Shown: positions 24,500-38,600 of the stretch, piece after piece
Layout: the number at the start of each line of letters is the position of its first letter
Position numbering within the stretch: position 1 is the first letter of the stretch
From: Albugo candida
Lineage: Eukaryota
Length of the DNA: 64,000 nt
NCBI GenBank assembly: GCA_040437565.1
Contig: JBDOQK010000015.1
Location: forward strand, 124,001-188,000
Direction: 5' to 3'
Notes under the pieces: model-generated
What the model was told of the DNA's origin: nothing
The model's input: the letters and a program-made list of their open reading frames with translations, nothing else
Database searches by the model: none
Made by a program: the position numbers and the translations under genes

Positions 24500-25767
24500 A
24501 TGCTGATTTTATCTGGTGTTGTCTGCATTGCCTTGTTGTTGGGTCTTTGGGATAGATTTATTCTCTCAGGAAAGTTTCTGTCAGACCCCAAGTCAAGAGT
24601 AGAAGAGGAAAAGTATTTCAGCGAAAATTACTATGTTGCTAGAAAACTATTCCGAGAGAAAGCGCGGGAAGCTGACGCGAAATCATATAGCTATCCACTG
24701 AATACAGCGCATTTTGATTTGACAGTGGATTTTGCGGTGTTTAGACAATCTAAAACAAAAGCACTGCTGCATATCTCGGGCACGCACGGAGTGGAAGGAT
24801 TCGCTGGAAGTGCGATACAGACTGCACTGTTGGAACGATCAAAAAATTTGAAGCTTGACACAGATAATCCGACACTTATTTTCGTTCACGCGTTGAATCC
24901 TTACGGGTACGCCCAGGTGAGCTTGGGATATGGTTAGATGTGAGCATCTTTTCTTACTTGACGCTGATGTAGCTCCGACGTTTTAATGAGCATAATGTGG
25001 ATCTGAATCGGAATTATCTCTCTCAGGAAGAGTTTGATACAGCAATGAAGAAAGATCCAAACGCAAATGGATACATGAATATCGACTATCTACTAAATCC
25101 GACAGCATTTCCCACTCTAAGAAAAAACTTTTGGTTAAACGCTTTCGTCCTGCTTATGTCGAATAAGTATGATGTGTTAAAGCGTTCCATTGTTAGCGGA
25201 AATTATCATTATCCCAGATCAATCTTCTTTGGAGGTTTCGAGAAAGAAGCAAGTTTAGTTATCTTGGAGAATTTTTTAAAAGTCGAGATGAATCTAAATG
25301 AGATACGACAATTCTGTGTCATCGATGTACACACTGGCTTGGGTCCAGCTGGCTACGATTCACTTCAGTTATCCGGACCTAGTGATGGAAAACTCGGAAT
25401 GCAGGTTTTCAAGGATAAAGAAGATCAGGAAAGACTACACACGGGACGGAATGCAGGAGCTTTCACAGGGTATGAACATGCAAGTGGATACATTACCACT
25501 GGGGTAGCCGCACTATTGCCAGAAAACACTACTGGGCTATATGTGACTCAGGAATTTGGAACAGTCAACAGCATCCTCGTGCTAAAAGCAACAATCGAAG
25601 AAAACATGATCTATCATCATTTCCCTTTTCTGAGGCTTTCGTATGCCGAAAAACTACGCGATGTATTTTACTTGCATCAAAGCGTCTTCTGGAAACAGTG
25701 TATTATTACTCGGGGATTGGCGGTGTTTGATCAGCTATACGGAAGTCTACTTTTGAATCAACAATAA
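24500..25767 (+). CDS. M14-type zinc metallopeptidase (DUF2817-like) with N-terminal signal/anchor; intron 24917-24972
   Basis: ISGTHGVEGFAGSAIQ, HALNPYG, RRFNEHNVDLNRN, IDVHTGLGP and TQEFGT motifs; hydrophobic N-terminus. Confidence 0.85.
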
Positions 25768-28498
25768 GGTGTTAACAAAGATTGTGTGAGTCCCTGGCCT
25801 TTAGGAAAAAACGATGCAGCTTATCCGCTGAGATGAGAAATACTTGCGCTGGTAGGAAGGGTATAGATCGTTTTGTAGAAGGGAAGATGCCTTATAGTTA
25901 ATTGTGCGTTGCCTTTACAATGATAATTTGATTTCTATTTTACTCAATCTCTAAGCAGCAATATCAACCTGCAGTTCCCTTCGCATCATGCTTTTAAAAC
26001 CTTGTTATGGCAAACATGAACACGATATTTTTAGGAAAAAAAGAAAACGAACTTGACCGAGAGCATGATTCTCGTCCCATCACAATTTTTGTTGCGTCGC
26101 CACTACTTTGCGTCTCGAAACAAGGTGCTTCTACAGATGGTACTCTAATGCAGCCATTTTCTCTTGTGTTCGACTATCTATGTGCAAGCCACATGAGAGG
26201 GTACGGCTTGATATAATCAAGATTTAGTTCAGTGGCGAAGTGAGCTTAATCACTTGATATTTCGATCACGTGCGTTATTATGTTGCTCCCGGAATTTCGT
26301 GTCCCACACGAACTTTCATTCACAAATATCGATATAGACTAGACGCAAGCATCTGCTAGAGCTCAAAAAAGGGCAGGTCCTTTGTAGGACTTAGGCAGGC
26401 GTCAAGTGCCAAATGCTTGAGGTGAATCGCGATCAAGAGATTTGCTCTGCGTAATTTTTAATAGCCGACTGTATTGGCCTTGAGGGCTGAATCAGCGGCA
26501 CCATATAAATGTTTTCTCTATTCGTTCGGGTCGTCTGAGATGATGTAATGATACGCTATAAATTTCTTAGACACTCGACGCATGGTCACGATAGTACACG
26601 AGCAACTAATTTCTAACAATCATCTTGTGCTCTCACGGCACTCATAAGCTGAGTCTCGTCACAGCTCTTTCACAATCCGAAATAGATTCCTAATTTCCTT
26701 TGCTACAATTAAAATGGATCTTGAACGCACATCATTTTGAAGTCAGAAAGCCCATCTTCCCCCAGTTTCAGAAAAACTCCGACAATATCACGTATTTATC
26801 GTGAATACTAGGTCGCCTGACCCGTCCATTCTGACATAGTTGAAGTTATGAAGTCATGTTTGAGTGCCAGAAGTGACTTTAGCCACGACAAGCACAATAT
26901 CATCCATATATGTCAACGTGCTCGATGAAGAATTAATCACTGCATCACTTAGTGCCAGGCTTGGATAGTATCGCTTCACACTTGACTTCACAGTAAAAAG
27001 CGCGCAAAGAGTGTACCGAGCAACGATGCGGCGAGTCGAGATAAGTGTAATGTAAGCAGATAGATGCATATCAGTGTTTGCACAGATGATAAGTTTACGG
27101 ACGTAGCCACCATTTGAATGACGTGTCTAATTGCATGACAAAGCGACAAGAATATGCTGCCAGAGAGTGACCCTTCTCTGGTGGACATCTCCGGAAAACG
27201 CCATCTGCGTGAGCATTAAATTGGCTCAATAGTTGACGTTTCAAAGTATACTATAGTGTGTACAAGCTGAACGGAAGAGGGGATCTATGCAATAAGATAA
27301 ACAATAATGCAGATGCAACTTGACTATTAATTCTCTAACAGCCGTTTGGATGTTTCTACTATATATCCCTCCTTGAACATCTCTGATCAATAGAGTGACC
27401 AGTGTTTCAAGTTCATGAAGGACTGGAGTACATATAGCACCTCAGCGCTATTTCACTATACCACTTATAATCTCTTAATCCACCATATCTCCATGGAAAG
27501 AATCAAGCGTCTTAGATCATTGCTATACAATTGACAATCGCTAGTACATAGATTGGCCCAACTTGTAGGGTAGAGAATTTGCAGTCTACCACATCAATAT
27601 TCATTGCTGCAATTACGTCGTGGAACAGGCATATATGTAATCAAGATACGAGAATACAAGCTGACTTATGAAAGCACGACGGGTACCAGAGAATTGTGTC
27701 GTCGGCCTGAGCAAGTGCACGAGCCCAGTCAAAGAGGGTATTCCACATATGTTATTTATTCCAAATTCTATCATCACGAAGCATCCAGGAAGGTCTGATC
27801 ATCGCTTGGAGAAAAGTCGATCGCCTTGTTGATTTTGTATGACGATAACACGAAAAAGTGATTTCAAGCGCAAAACTTTTGACTTGATGCACATCCCCCT
27901 TAATCGTAACAATACTCAATGCATCCCTGGTAAATCATTGTCACTATATCCTACTTTATTAACAACTTTCAGTGCTCACCGCTCACCGCTCTCGTTCGCC
28001 ATTTCGGCATTGTGCGTAGCTGTGTCAACCACCATTAAATTTTCCTATGAAGTATTTGCTGACGTATATAAGAGTATCGTTTTGATAGTGCGCTTTGTAC
28101 TCAACAGAGTTTTACAGCAATAGCTTTTCTGTATCTCAAAATTAGGCAGAAGTTTACGGCGATAAGCTGAATAAGCTACCACGACTTGCAGTACCCCAAT
28201 TTAAGAATACTGCATTAACATTGATCGGTTCACAGGTAGCGATCAATATTTATCGTGCTTGGATCCATCGCTTAACACACCATTACGCACGATATCAATT
28301 TATAATGAGCAAGCCACGACTCTACAAATTGATTGTCATTAGCTTGTTAACTTGCTAGAACTAGCAAGCCACGTCAGTTTTACTCCAAGTACAGCTTCGG
28401 GCTCTTTATTAGACTTATATATATCCAGCTCAACTCTTTATAAAAGCCTGTGCGGATAGAGTGGCAGTGGCTGATCGTTGCATCACAGTCAACAACTC

Positions 28499-30329
28499 AT
28501 GTCTGGACCAGAAACTTTTTTAGAACAAGGAGTAAAGGAATTGAGTCTCAAAATTCTCGAGTTTGGACAAACTACGTCAATGGAGAAGTTGAAACTGCAA
28601 TGTTTTCTGCAATCCTTTAGTACCACAGTGTATGGTCGCTGCGTTATTGGACTTGGTCGGATGCTGTACTGATACACGTTTATAATGTATTGACCTTGAT
28701 GGAGTTATAGCTGGAGTATTGGACCTGATCATTGCACAAATGAGACAGTTCCTTTCTCTCTCTGATTGCTCATCAACTGAGCATGTGATCGAGACTTTTG
28801 GCAATGTGTGTGTTTTCCGATACTACTCTGTATGCATATATCCTGACTAGGGCTTGTAGTGGATGGATATTCTTGCTAATGCTGTCAGAGATGGTGAAAA
28901 CTCAGATTATCTTGGTTTGTTATTTGTAGAAGACGACTTCTATATAATACGTCATGGTGATAGAGTACTTTCGTAGCCCGCTCCGGAGCACATTGTTTAC
29001 TTGTTGCTTTGATGAATCATGAGAACGATCGCATACAAGATGTCAGTGCTATGTATAGTCGATTTTCGTTGTTTGCGTCAATAATAGTAGTGATAGTGTG
29101 CTGCGAAAGTTGTCACCAACATCATCAATGACACAAATATAAGCTTCCCTCGAAGGTAAGCAGCCCAAATCAATCTTGCATCCTCGTCAGGTCACATTAC
29201 AAGCCTATGTAACCATAGAAATAAAGAAATCGATATTCTGTCATGCAAGTGGCCAGCTATAATTCGACTACCAGCTAATTCCTTTACGAACGAAAACTCA
29301 AACCAAGTCAAAGNNNNNNNNNNNNNNNNNNNNNNNNNNNNNNNNNNNNNNNNNNNNNNNNNNNNNNNNNNNNNNNNNNNNNNNNNNNNNNNNNNNNNNN
29401 NNNNNNNNNNNNNAATCTTGCATCCTCGTCAGGTCACATTACAAGCCTATGTAACCATAGAAATAAAGAAATCGATATTCTGTCATGCAAGTGGCCAGCT
29501 ATAATTCGACTACCAGCTAATTCCTTTACGAACGAAAACTCAAACCAAGTCAAAGACGACTCGGAATATCCGCTACTTCTCAAGAAGATCCGAGGAGAAT
29601 ATGGATCTGACGCTATCTATATACGCCAGGTTACAAAGCGAATGACAGGTCATGCGAAAACTGGTTACTTACTTTGGGGTGCTTCTTTTCTACTTGCACG
29701 ATGGATACAATTGGAGTGGTAAACGTATCATATGCATGTTGAAGAAGCATTCTGACTGGTAAGTGGGTAGGAAACGATTTACTGGAAAGAATGTGCTTGA
29801 AGTTGGTAGTGGTCTTGGCCTTAGTGGCGTTGTCGCCGCCCGGTATGCGTCATTTACCGAGTTGACTGATTACCAAGAGGATACACTCCAGGCGTTGCGG
29901 CATAATGTTGCCCTGAACGATGATTTTATTCGAGAAAATCACTTAGAATTATCAAATCACGTACAGGTCAATCATTTAGATTGGAATCAGTTAGAGAAAT
30001 ACAAAGTTCACGCCAAGCGAGCACATAAGCGAGGAGGATTTGACATTATTATCGCAAGTGACGTAATTTGTGATTCCGATACCGCCGACGGTTTCTTACG
30101 CTGTATTCAAAGTCTCTTGGACCCTGAAGATGGCGTAGCAATTCTACTCAATGCAACCAAGCACAGTCGGTTCGGTGTTGAGTACTTGCACAATTTTCTG
30201 TCCTCTTCCAGCAACAAAGATTTTTTGTACAAGATCGTTCCGCTAAATGAAGATTACCACAACCAGGAATTGTTATCGTACGAGAGCGATGATCTAGAAT
30301 ATGAATTGTATGAATTTAGGCTTCGCTGA
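28499..30329 (+). CDS. METTL21/EEF1A-KMT-type (Methyltransf_16) SAM methyltransferase with a helical N-terminal extension, multi-exon
   Basis: TGYLLWGASFLLARWI, VLEVGSGLGLSG, LTDY, HLDW and FDIIIASDVI motifs. Upstream GT-AG exons can be joined in frame back to ATG 28499; the 5' part is less certain and contains a gap duplication. Confidence 0.8.
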
Positions 30330-30805
30330 GATGTGTAGTCGTTGTAAAACTTTAGAATAAAGCAGCTTCGAAGAACTGAATTTCTACTAGCACAAGGTGT
30401 TTTTTCTGTCTGTCGATCAGACGTAGTGATCGATGAAGACGTATCAAAATGAACATTTGTCAGAAAGAGCGATGATGCTGCATCCAGAATTGGTGTCGAA
30501 CAAGGACACTGCTTGCAATATCCTGATTTGACGTACAAGAACACACCCGATGAGACGCACAAAAGGCAGCACAATAGCACATTATGTGCATATTCGANNN
30601 NNNNNNNNNNNNNNNNNNNNNNNNNNNNNNNNNNNNNNNNNNNNNNNNNNNNNNNNNNNNNNNNNNNNNNNNNNNNNNNNNNNNNNNNNNNNNNNNNTGC
30701 TGCATCCAGAATTGGTGTCGAACAAGGACACTGCTTGCAATATCCTGATTTGACGTACAAGAACACACCCGATGAGACGCACAAAAGGCAGCACAATAGC
30801 ACATT

Positions 30806-33006
30806 ATGTGCATATTCGATGAGTTCAAGGAATTTTATCAGAAAAGAACATTGAGCGATGTGACTTTTGTTTTTTCTTCCGCTAAAAACATGAATGCAGC
30901 CTCGAAGGAATCATATACCACACAACGGCATCCAGAGACTACAAATTCAAGCTTAATACCCGCACACCGCTTTATACTTGCATTGAGAAGTGAGCTTTTC
31001 AGATCTCTACTGCAAAATATGGACTGCTGCCACAATCCACAGCATTATCAATTCCCGCTTCGAATACACGTCAACGATACGCCCAAACATGCCTTTTTGG
31101 TTGTACTAAAGTATATGTACTGCAATGATATCGATGATATATTTCAGAGTACGAAGGATTATTCCAAGCCGCACAAAATACTATTCTGGCAAGATATTCT
31201 TAAAGCCGCGTATCGCTATAAAGTGCCGCAGTTGTTGATTGTGTGTGTAAGTCAATTGATTAACCTGATAGAAGAATCAACGGACGAGAACTCTACTGAC
31301 CAAGCGAAAGCTATGAATGCTTTTGAGTTGTTCGTTCTCGCGGATGATCTTCTTATCGACGAGAAGAATAGAAGGCCCTTGAGCGGGAAGTGGAATTATG
31401 ATACACCGATCATTAAACTTCAGGAGAAGTGTATGTTTCAGCTTTCGAATGCGGCTGAAGAGATCATAATGACCTTATTACATGGTGAGACGGGTAGAAA
31501 ATGCCCCACAGATCGTATTTGTAGAATTTTAGACCAGAGATTCGAATCGCCATTCACAAAGGCCGTTCAGTTTCAGTTGAGTCAAGTCGTCCATGAATTA
31601 TTACGTGCTGATGAATCTCTAAACCATATGCCCATGAAAGAGCTTGAGGATGCATTTAAAGTTGCTCTTGAACAAGGCAATGAGCTAATTTTGCGAAGGA
31701 TTCTTGTGAAATCAGATGCGTCTGCTATAGTGTTGACTGATAAGCGGATACCAGTCTTCATGTTGGCGTGTGCATGTGGAAATGCATCATATTGCAAAAG
31801 TCTTGTCCTGAAACGTGGTGTGGACGTGAATGAGACATCATCATTGGAAAATGTAGACAAGATTCTCTTACAGCAGTATGGGTATAGACAAACTCCGCTT
31901 CATATTGCTTGTCGCCATGGCCATGTAAACGTCATCAGCTTCCTACTGGAACATCATGCTAGGCCCAATGACGCGGATTTGGAAGGAAACACGGCATTAC
32001 ACGTTTGCCGTGATGGAGAGAGCGTCAAGACACTCATGGACACAGCAGTTGACCTAGGTGTGAATAGCACTAACATGCGCGATCAAACACCTTTGCATCT
32101 TGCTGCTGCCAACGGGCTAGTGGATGTTGTCTACATATTGCTACAACGAGGGGCTCAACACTCAGCCAAAGACGATCAGGGACAAACACCATTTTTGGCT
32201 GCTGCCGCACATGGTCATATCGAAGTGTGTTCGACCCTATTGAAAGTTTACTCGCACAAATTGAGCATCACTGGATCAAAAGACGGCGTAGACACTACGA
32301 TGGGGCAAGCTTCAGACCCATCTGATATCAATCAAACGGATTTTAAGGGCAATACAGCTTTACATCTTGCTGTAATCTCTACCAGGTGTTCTCATTCATT
32401 ACTGGAACTACTGCTAAAAAATGGAGCCGATCCAAATCAGCTCAACTGGCTCGGCTATACTCCTCTGCACTCGTTCTGTTCGCACAAACGAGGTCCAGCC
32501 GCTGTGGTTGAGCTTTTGGTAAGTTTGGTAATCTTTTTTTAGGCTCTTACTCATACTTGACAATGTAGCTTGAATGGAAAGTAGATATTGACGCACAGGG
32601 TCTGGATGGCAATACAGCATTACATTTCGCTGTGGGTCATGCGTCTGAGACAGTTTCTGTCGCCCTTGTGATTGCAGGAGCACGTGTGGATCTACTGGAC
32701 AAAGCAGGCAGAAGTGTCTTGGATTTGGCAGAACGCACCAACCAGGGCATCATGATAGTTCCTTTGGTTCGCAACATTCTCAAGCCACCAGCTTGGGACA
32801 CACAAAACGTACAAACAAATGATTGTGCATCTTGTCACGTACTTTTCACAGTAACTATGCGACGCCATCACTGCCGTCATTGTGGTCGACCCGTTTGTTA
32901 CAATTGTTCCAGTAATAAAATCGTCATTCCCAAATTCCAAATGCTGAAACCATCACGCGTCTGTGACACTTGTTATGAAGTGTTATCGTTCCAGCGCATT
33001 CTGTAA
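30806..33006 (+). CDS. BTB/POZ-ankyrin-FYVE protein (Rabankyrin-5/ANKFY1-like architecture)
   Basis: BTB (SDVTF, IPAHRFILALRSELF, LKYMY), several TPLH/TALH ankyrin repeats, FYVE RRHHCRHCG...RVCDTC; intron about 32518-32568; start uncertain. Confidence 0.88.
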
Positions 33007-33155
33007 TAGTGCTCAGCATGGAATACATTTCGTTCTATACATCACGTTATCGACCGTACATTTTGAAACTGATACATTTGGGCAGTGTTTTTACTAGTGA
33101 CGTTATCTGCATCTAAAGAACGGTGATTTCGTAACAGAGAACAAAGCAGACTTAA

Positions 33156-35310
33156 ATGTTGTCAAATTTGAGACCTCCGTTAAGAAAGCAAAGTATAGTA
33201 AATGGGAGTCGCGAAACGAAAATCAGTCAAAATGACTGCACTCTATCAGAACCGGAAAAAGACTTTGTCGTGCTTGAAATAAGCGCCGCGGGATTTGAGT
33301 TCCGGATACGAGCTCCCGCGACCTGGACATGCGCACACATTTTATACGCTACTGAGACCGAGTATCGTCGACAGTTCCCAAATTGTGAAGTGCCTGCTTC
33401 GAATGTCATTTACAACTGGGCGACAGCAGCTCACCTGGAAATGAATCATCCCATCGCTCAATTCTGTTCCGATTACGATAANNNNNNNNNNNNNNNNNNN
33501 NNNNNNNNNNNNNNNNNNNNNNNNNNNNNNNNNNNNNNNNNNNNNNNNNNNNNNNNNNNNNNNNNNNNNNNNNNNNNNNNNGTTAAGAAAGCAAAGTATA
33601 GTAAATGGGAGTCGCGAAACGAAAATCAGTCAAAATGACTGCACTCTATCAGAACCGGAAAAAGACTTTGTCGTGCTTGAAATAAGCGCCGCGGGATTTG
33701 AGTTCCGGATACGAGCTCCCGCGACCTGGACATGCGCACACATTTTATACGCTACTGAGACCGAGTATCGTCGACAGTTCCCAAATTGTGAAGTGCCTGC
33801 TTCGAATGTCATTTACAACTGGGCGACAGCAGCTCACCTGGAAATGAATCATCCCATCGCTCAATTCTGTTCCGATTACGATAAGATCGAACTGGGATTC
33901 GCGGCCACAGAATCCAACAATGAGTACTGTCAAGTCGTCGAGCCTCATAGTCTACCGCCCACCAATATGAAGTCGGCTCTAAGTGGTAGTCAGCACATCG
34001 AAGATAACGCTTACTTTGATATCATTTTTCATCGTCTGCCACTTGGATTCACGCTCAAGTATGAAGATGATGGAGTTCTTGTTGCCAATACCTATCCAAA
34101 TACTGCGGCAATGCATTATCAGCGACTGGTTTCTGGAGTTAAACTTATTAAAATTGGAGAGGTCGGTGTAGAAGAGTCTGATTTACGCCAAGTTCACGAA
34201 CTGATTAAACACACAGACTTCCCAATTAAAATACGTTTTCAGGACTCGAGCAACTTTTCCGGGATGAAAGACCGCACCGAAGATAACAACAAGCTATTTT
34301 CCAATCAGGCCGACTACAGAGAGAAGAATAAAAGGTCTATGCTAGTTATGCCTACGAGTCATCCTGGCCAAGCACCCGATGCAAATATAAAATTCTCATT
34401 CTCTCCTAAAACTCAAGATGACAACTCGATGCGATACGGTGCAACCTTCAGACGCAATAATGATAAAGGGCTTGCTGATCGCGTTATACGAGATTCGCAA
34501 CGTAGGAAGAGTACTCCAAACGAACCGATGCTAAGAAATGGTCATTGCAATTCGGAAAAGACATCTTTGCAAGGAAGAAATCCCCATGTACAGAAAGTAG
34601 TTAGAAGCCTCTGCGAGACCGATGGAGAGCGGGCTGAGGGCAATTCGGAGGAATATATCATTTGTAGAATCAAAACATTGCAAAAAGATCTTATTAAAAA
34701 GCATGAAGAAGCGAAACAGATTGCTTTGCAGCTTGAATTATATCATGAGCGCCTGACAAACTTGCGCAAAACTGCGGAAAGTATCGAATTTGAAACACCT
34801 GAGGTACCGAAACTGAATGGATCTATCAAGTTGCAGCTCACATCGGAGGCGCTAGACCATCTCGATAAGAGTGCTGGTCTTCCTCCAAAGTCTGGCGCCC
34901 GACACAATCATGACAACGTGTCCAATATATCAGAAAACTCGAAGAATTCGTGTGTTTCTGGAAAAGGAAGGAACTCTAGATATCAGCGAAGGTCTAGAAG
35001 GATGACGCGTGAAGATGATGAATCTCAATGTTCTTCTGCATCGAGCCGCAAAAGTAACTCACGACAAAGCACTGATAGTCGATATAGTTATATTCCTCAG
35101 CATTATTCTTCAGCACCGACGACGTACGACTATCCGACATCATTATCTTCCCGAGGGGCAGTGATCGATCGCGCTAGGGTGAATCGGGACTCTTTTATTA
35201 CAAGAAACGACGTGCCTGGTGTTGGGTACTATGATATCAAGATCAAAGACCGTGTCAAGGGTGGCGAAATCGGAGACTCCGATAGGGTCCTACCTTGGTC
35301 AAATACCTGA
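33156..35310 (+). CDS. PDZ-like domain, coiled-coil, Ser/Arg-rich protein of unknown function
   Basis: One ORF once the gap duplication (33179-33481 = 33582-33884) is collapsed; PDZ-like PLGFTL...LIKIG...VHELIK...PIKIRF; coiled coil; C-terminal PGVGYY. Confidence 0.7.
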
Positions 35311-35835
35311 AAGTATGCTACGGTTAAGGAATATCCGCCTTAATTTCGATCCCCAATGGACTCAGACATGTTTGATCTTGACGTAATTCAGTCGAAGTCG
35401 ATAAAAAATAAGTTAGCTTGCACAAGGCTTCTTGAAAGTCCTATATTACATTTCGTTTCTTTGATCAACTTGTTTACTGGCACGCAATCGGCTTCGAGAA
35501 ACACTCTGAGATCACAAATTTTGAAGCTGAACTCCGAAGGCGACAAGTACGTCACCATGCTACGTTTGTACAGCTTATTGATTGATGGCGAGGTAATGGG
35601 ATAGCTCAATCTAAATGTTTGAGCTGGTGCACCATCGGTCTTCCTGAACGAATTATTTGGCAATATATGCACCCTAGCCATAAATCTCATCAATTTTCCT
35701 CATTCGGAGACGGAAGTTCTCACGGCTCGTTTGTGATCCACGCGGTGGAGGCTGACGTGAAGTTCTCAGATGATAGCAGTCCTGACTCTAATCTTTATTA
35801 TCACGGACAGTTATAATAAATACTCGTCGCCCATT

Positions 35836-37064
35836 CTAATCATTGTAAACAGGAAATTCTGCTACAGTTGTGGGTGAGATTTCACGGGTAGCCATCTTGT
35901 CCCCAAAAGTGGTTGAGTAGTGTGACCAAATCAGGCTAAAGCATGGCTCTACTTGAAGTTCTATGTATCCTGTCAGCAGTTCTAATTCTTTCCTCCATGT
36001 TGGACTAATACATCAGAACGTTGGACGAATACAATTAGAGTTACAGGAACAGTGCTTACCTTATCCCCAAGGCCTGCCTGGATGCAGCAAGGATGCTTGC
36101 AGCTACCAAGGATGGACGGAAACTCCGAAATTGATGTTCTGTATGCAGTGTTACTTCTAATATCCTGGTCGATGTGTGCAAAACGTACCCTGTAGACACA
36201 AGTCGACAAAGAACTCTGTATACCTCCGATAATACTCGATTGCTTCACTGAGGACGCTATCATCTTGCATTGTGTCGTCTGCAAATATGACCGGACGAGA
36301 TACGAAATAGTGAACAAAATGAATGGGCCCCAATGCTGTCAAACACCAATCAAGTCTAGCAAGAAGGCATTAGACCCAATCGGAATTGTTGTTGAAAAGT
36401 GAAAGGTATGTTACTTGGTAAGAGTTGACAGTTCCATCGAATGAATTTCATTGATAGAGTAACACCGATTTCCAAATTCCCAAAATTCCGACATGGGGGG
36501 TACCTCACATTCTGGGCCATTGTACTTGGCTGCAATCAAAATGCAGCTCAGTGCAAGTACTTGAAATCGATCTTTGGATGGAAGTGGACCAATCTGGTCA
36601 AGACAAAGATTTGACCGAGTGACTATCGCGACGAGATATGCGTCCACATACCATAAGAATACGTTCCAAATATGCAATGGCGCTGTGTATGGTTGTTTTA
36701 CGAACACGCATTTCTTCTCCGACTTCCGACATCCAGTCAACTAGCACGCGACGGTACTATTGCACAATTTAGCTTTTACGAGGCAGAAAGAAAGCGATAG
36801 AACCAACCTTGAGATACTCACTCTCTTTCGAGTATTCTGGAGTCTGAAGTTCCTGCCGCAGCATGCATCGGTACGACAAATTTAGGTTCAAATCTTCTAA
36901 TACGACGCGCTATGAATGATAGCAGCGTAAGCTCGAGACCCATGACGAAGTAGATATTACGCTGTTACATCATCGTTCGAAGCATATTGCTCTCCTTGGT
37001 CTATGTCTTCAAAGCGATCCTCGATTTCTTCCTCGCAAGTTAAGGCCAAACCTTTTGGACTCAT
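35836..37064 (-). CDS. Cyclin (N- and C-terminal cyclin folds, subtype unassigned), multi-exon
   Basis: YRRVLVDWMSEV, TIHSAIAYLER, FQVLALSCILIAAKY, MELSTLTK/LDWCL, FRPSLVAASILAASR and PTWRKELELLTGY. Confidence 0.88.
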
Positions 37065-38600
37065 CCTTATGCGATCAAAGGTATTCAGCTTTCAAATTTT
37101 GTAACACTGTAACACAGGACCCGATATCAGGATCAATGTTGAATTATCCTCAAACGGCTGGTTACACTCAGGCCACAAAGTAGGATCACAAGCACCCTTA
37201 CAGTCGAGGCTGGGGCTCGCACATTCCAAATCAATTGATTTATTTGGCGCGTAAAAGCCTGGCATAGACTTTTTGTATGCGAAAGTCGATACGAAAATCC
37301 CACGCAAACTCTTTGGCGGGGTTTTATTTGATTTTTGAAATTGATACCCGACAAACCTGTGACAATCGAATCCTTGCAGTACGTAATCTATCAGCAAAAG
37401 ATATTGCCTCGATAGAATGGTGCTTTATCGCGAAATTCGTAGTTTCTGTCTATAGTAGAAGCAAAGCTTCATTGGGTTTCTCTTTACAATGCACGGATGA
37501 AGTAATAACTAATCGTGTAACTAGGCACAACGTTTATATATAGTTTGTCGCGACCTTCGTAGTTTCTGTCTGAAGCACATGAGCAAAGCCTGATTGATCT
37601 CTACAGCGCATTTAAATTATTTATTCCGACCTGCGGAGCAAATTCACGCACCCTGCCATAATACTCTCCAGCGCTCTCCTTCGCTTTGTCTTCAGTATGA
37701 GCATTTTCAGCGTTGTTGTGCGTCCTGCAACGTTTGCTGAGGTAAGAGATATTGTCATCTGTCATCTTGAAAAAGCAAGTGAGTAGAAGTCAGCGTATTG
37801 TATCGAATATGCTGGGACCCTATCTTGTTTGTACTTTAACCTTATAGTAGCTGGTAGCTGGTAAGCAAACTAACTCGAAATATCTTGGACGTAAGGATTG
37901 CAGTGGAAGGATTTTCGAGAATGATTCCTTCATCGGTTGCATGATTGGGTATTGTGCGATGCATGATTTTATTTGTACCTAGCCTGACGTTATCACCTCT
38001 TATATATCACAAGTACCTCTATAAAGGAAAATGGCGAGAAGTTGAACAGTCGAAGGAGATTGCTCTTTGCCGAACATGCTTTCTAGCATTCACGTTGTGA
38101 GATCGGTCGAGGTTCATTAGAGCCTCGACATAGCGTGAAGTGATTGTACCTGGCGTTGCACGTTTGACTATGCGTATGCTTAGTTTTTGCGATTCGCCGG
38201 AAGTCAGGATGTGAGGCGGGCTATTCTATCTGACTGCTTTCGAGATTGCATGCGCCCCTCAATTGAGTATCCTAATATCGATACATGATTCAAACATAAG
38301 ATTGTGCTTGTTTGCATTATAGCTGAACCAAGGCTTTTCCTATGAACTTTTTCCAAGCCACCAAATGCATCCTTTCTACGCACCCATAAATCCTGTTGTA
38401 ATTCTTTCCTGCAATTAAGAACGATTGTGTACATGAATGCTCGTTTTGGCATCGTTCTGTTATGCTAACATCATCCCGAGTACTCTTTATGTGTCAGTAA
38501 TTGCATCAAACGCTGGTGATCAGCTGCAGTTGGAGGAGCGTGTATTTTGTTATACTATGGAAAGCTACTGGCACGTGGGCGACATCAATTCGATGTTCAA

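Noticed and set aside
28351..28368. Hairpin CTTGCTAG-AA-CTAGCAAG
   Set aside because: A single 8-bp stem is expected by chance in 64 kb
37698..38280. MSIFSVVVRPATFAE followed by GTAAG, a possible first exon
   Set aside because: I could not assemble downstream exons into a credible protein
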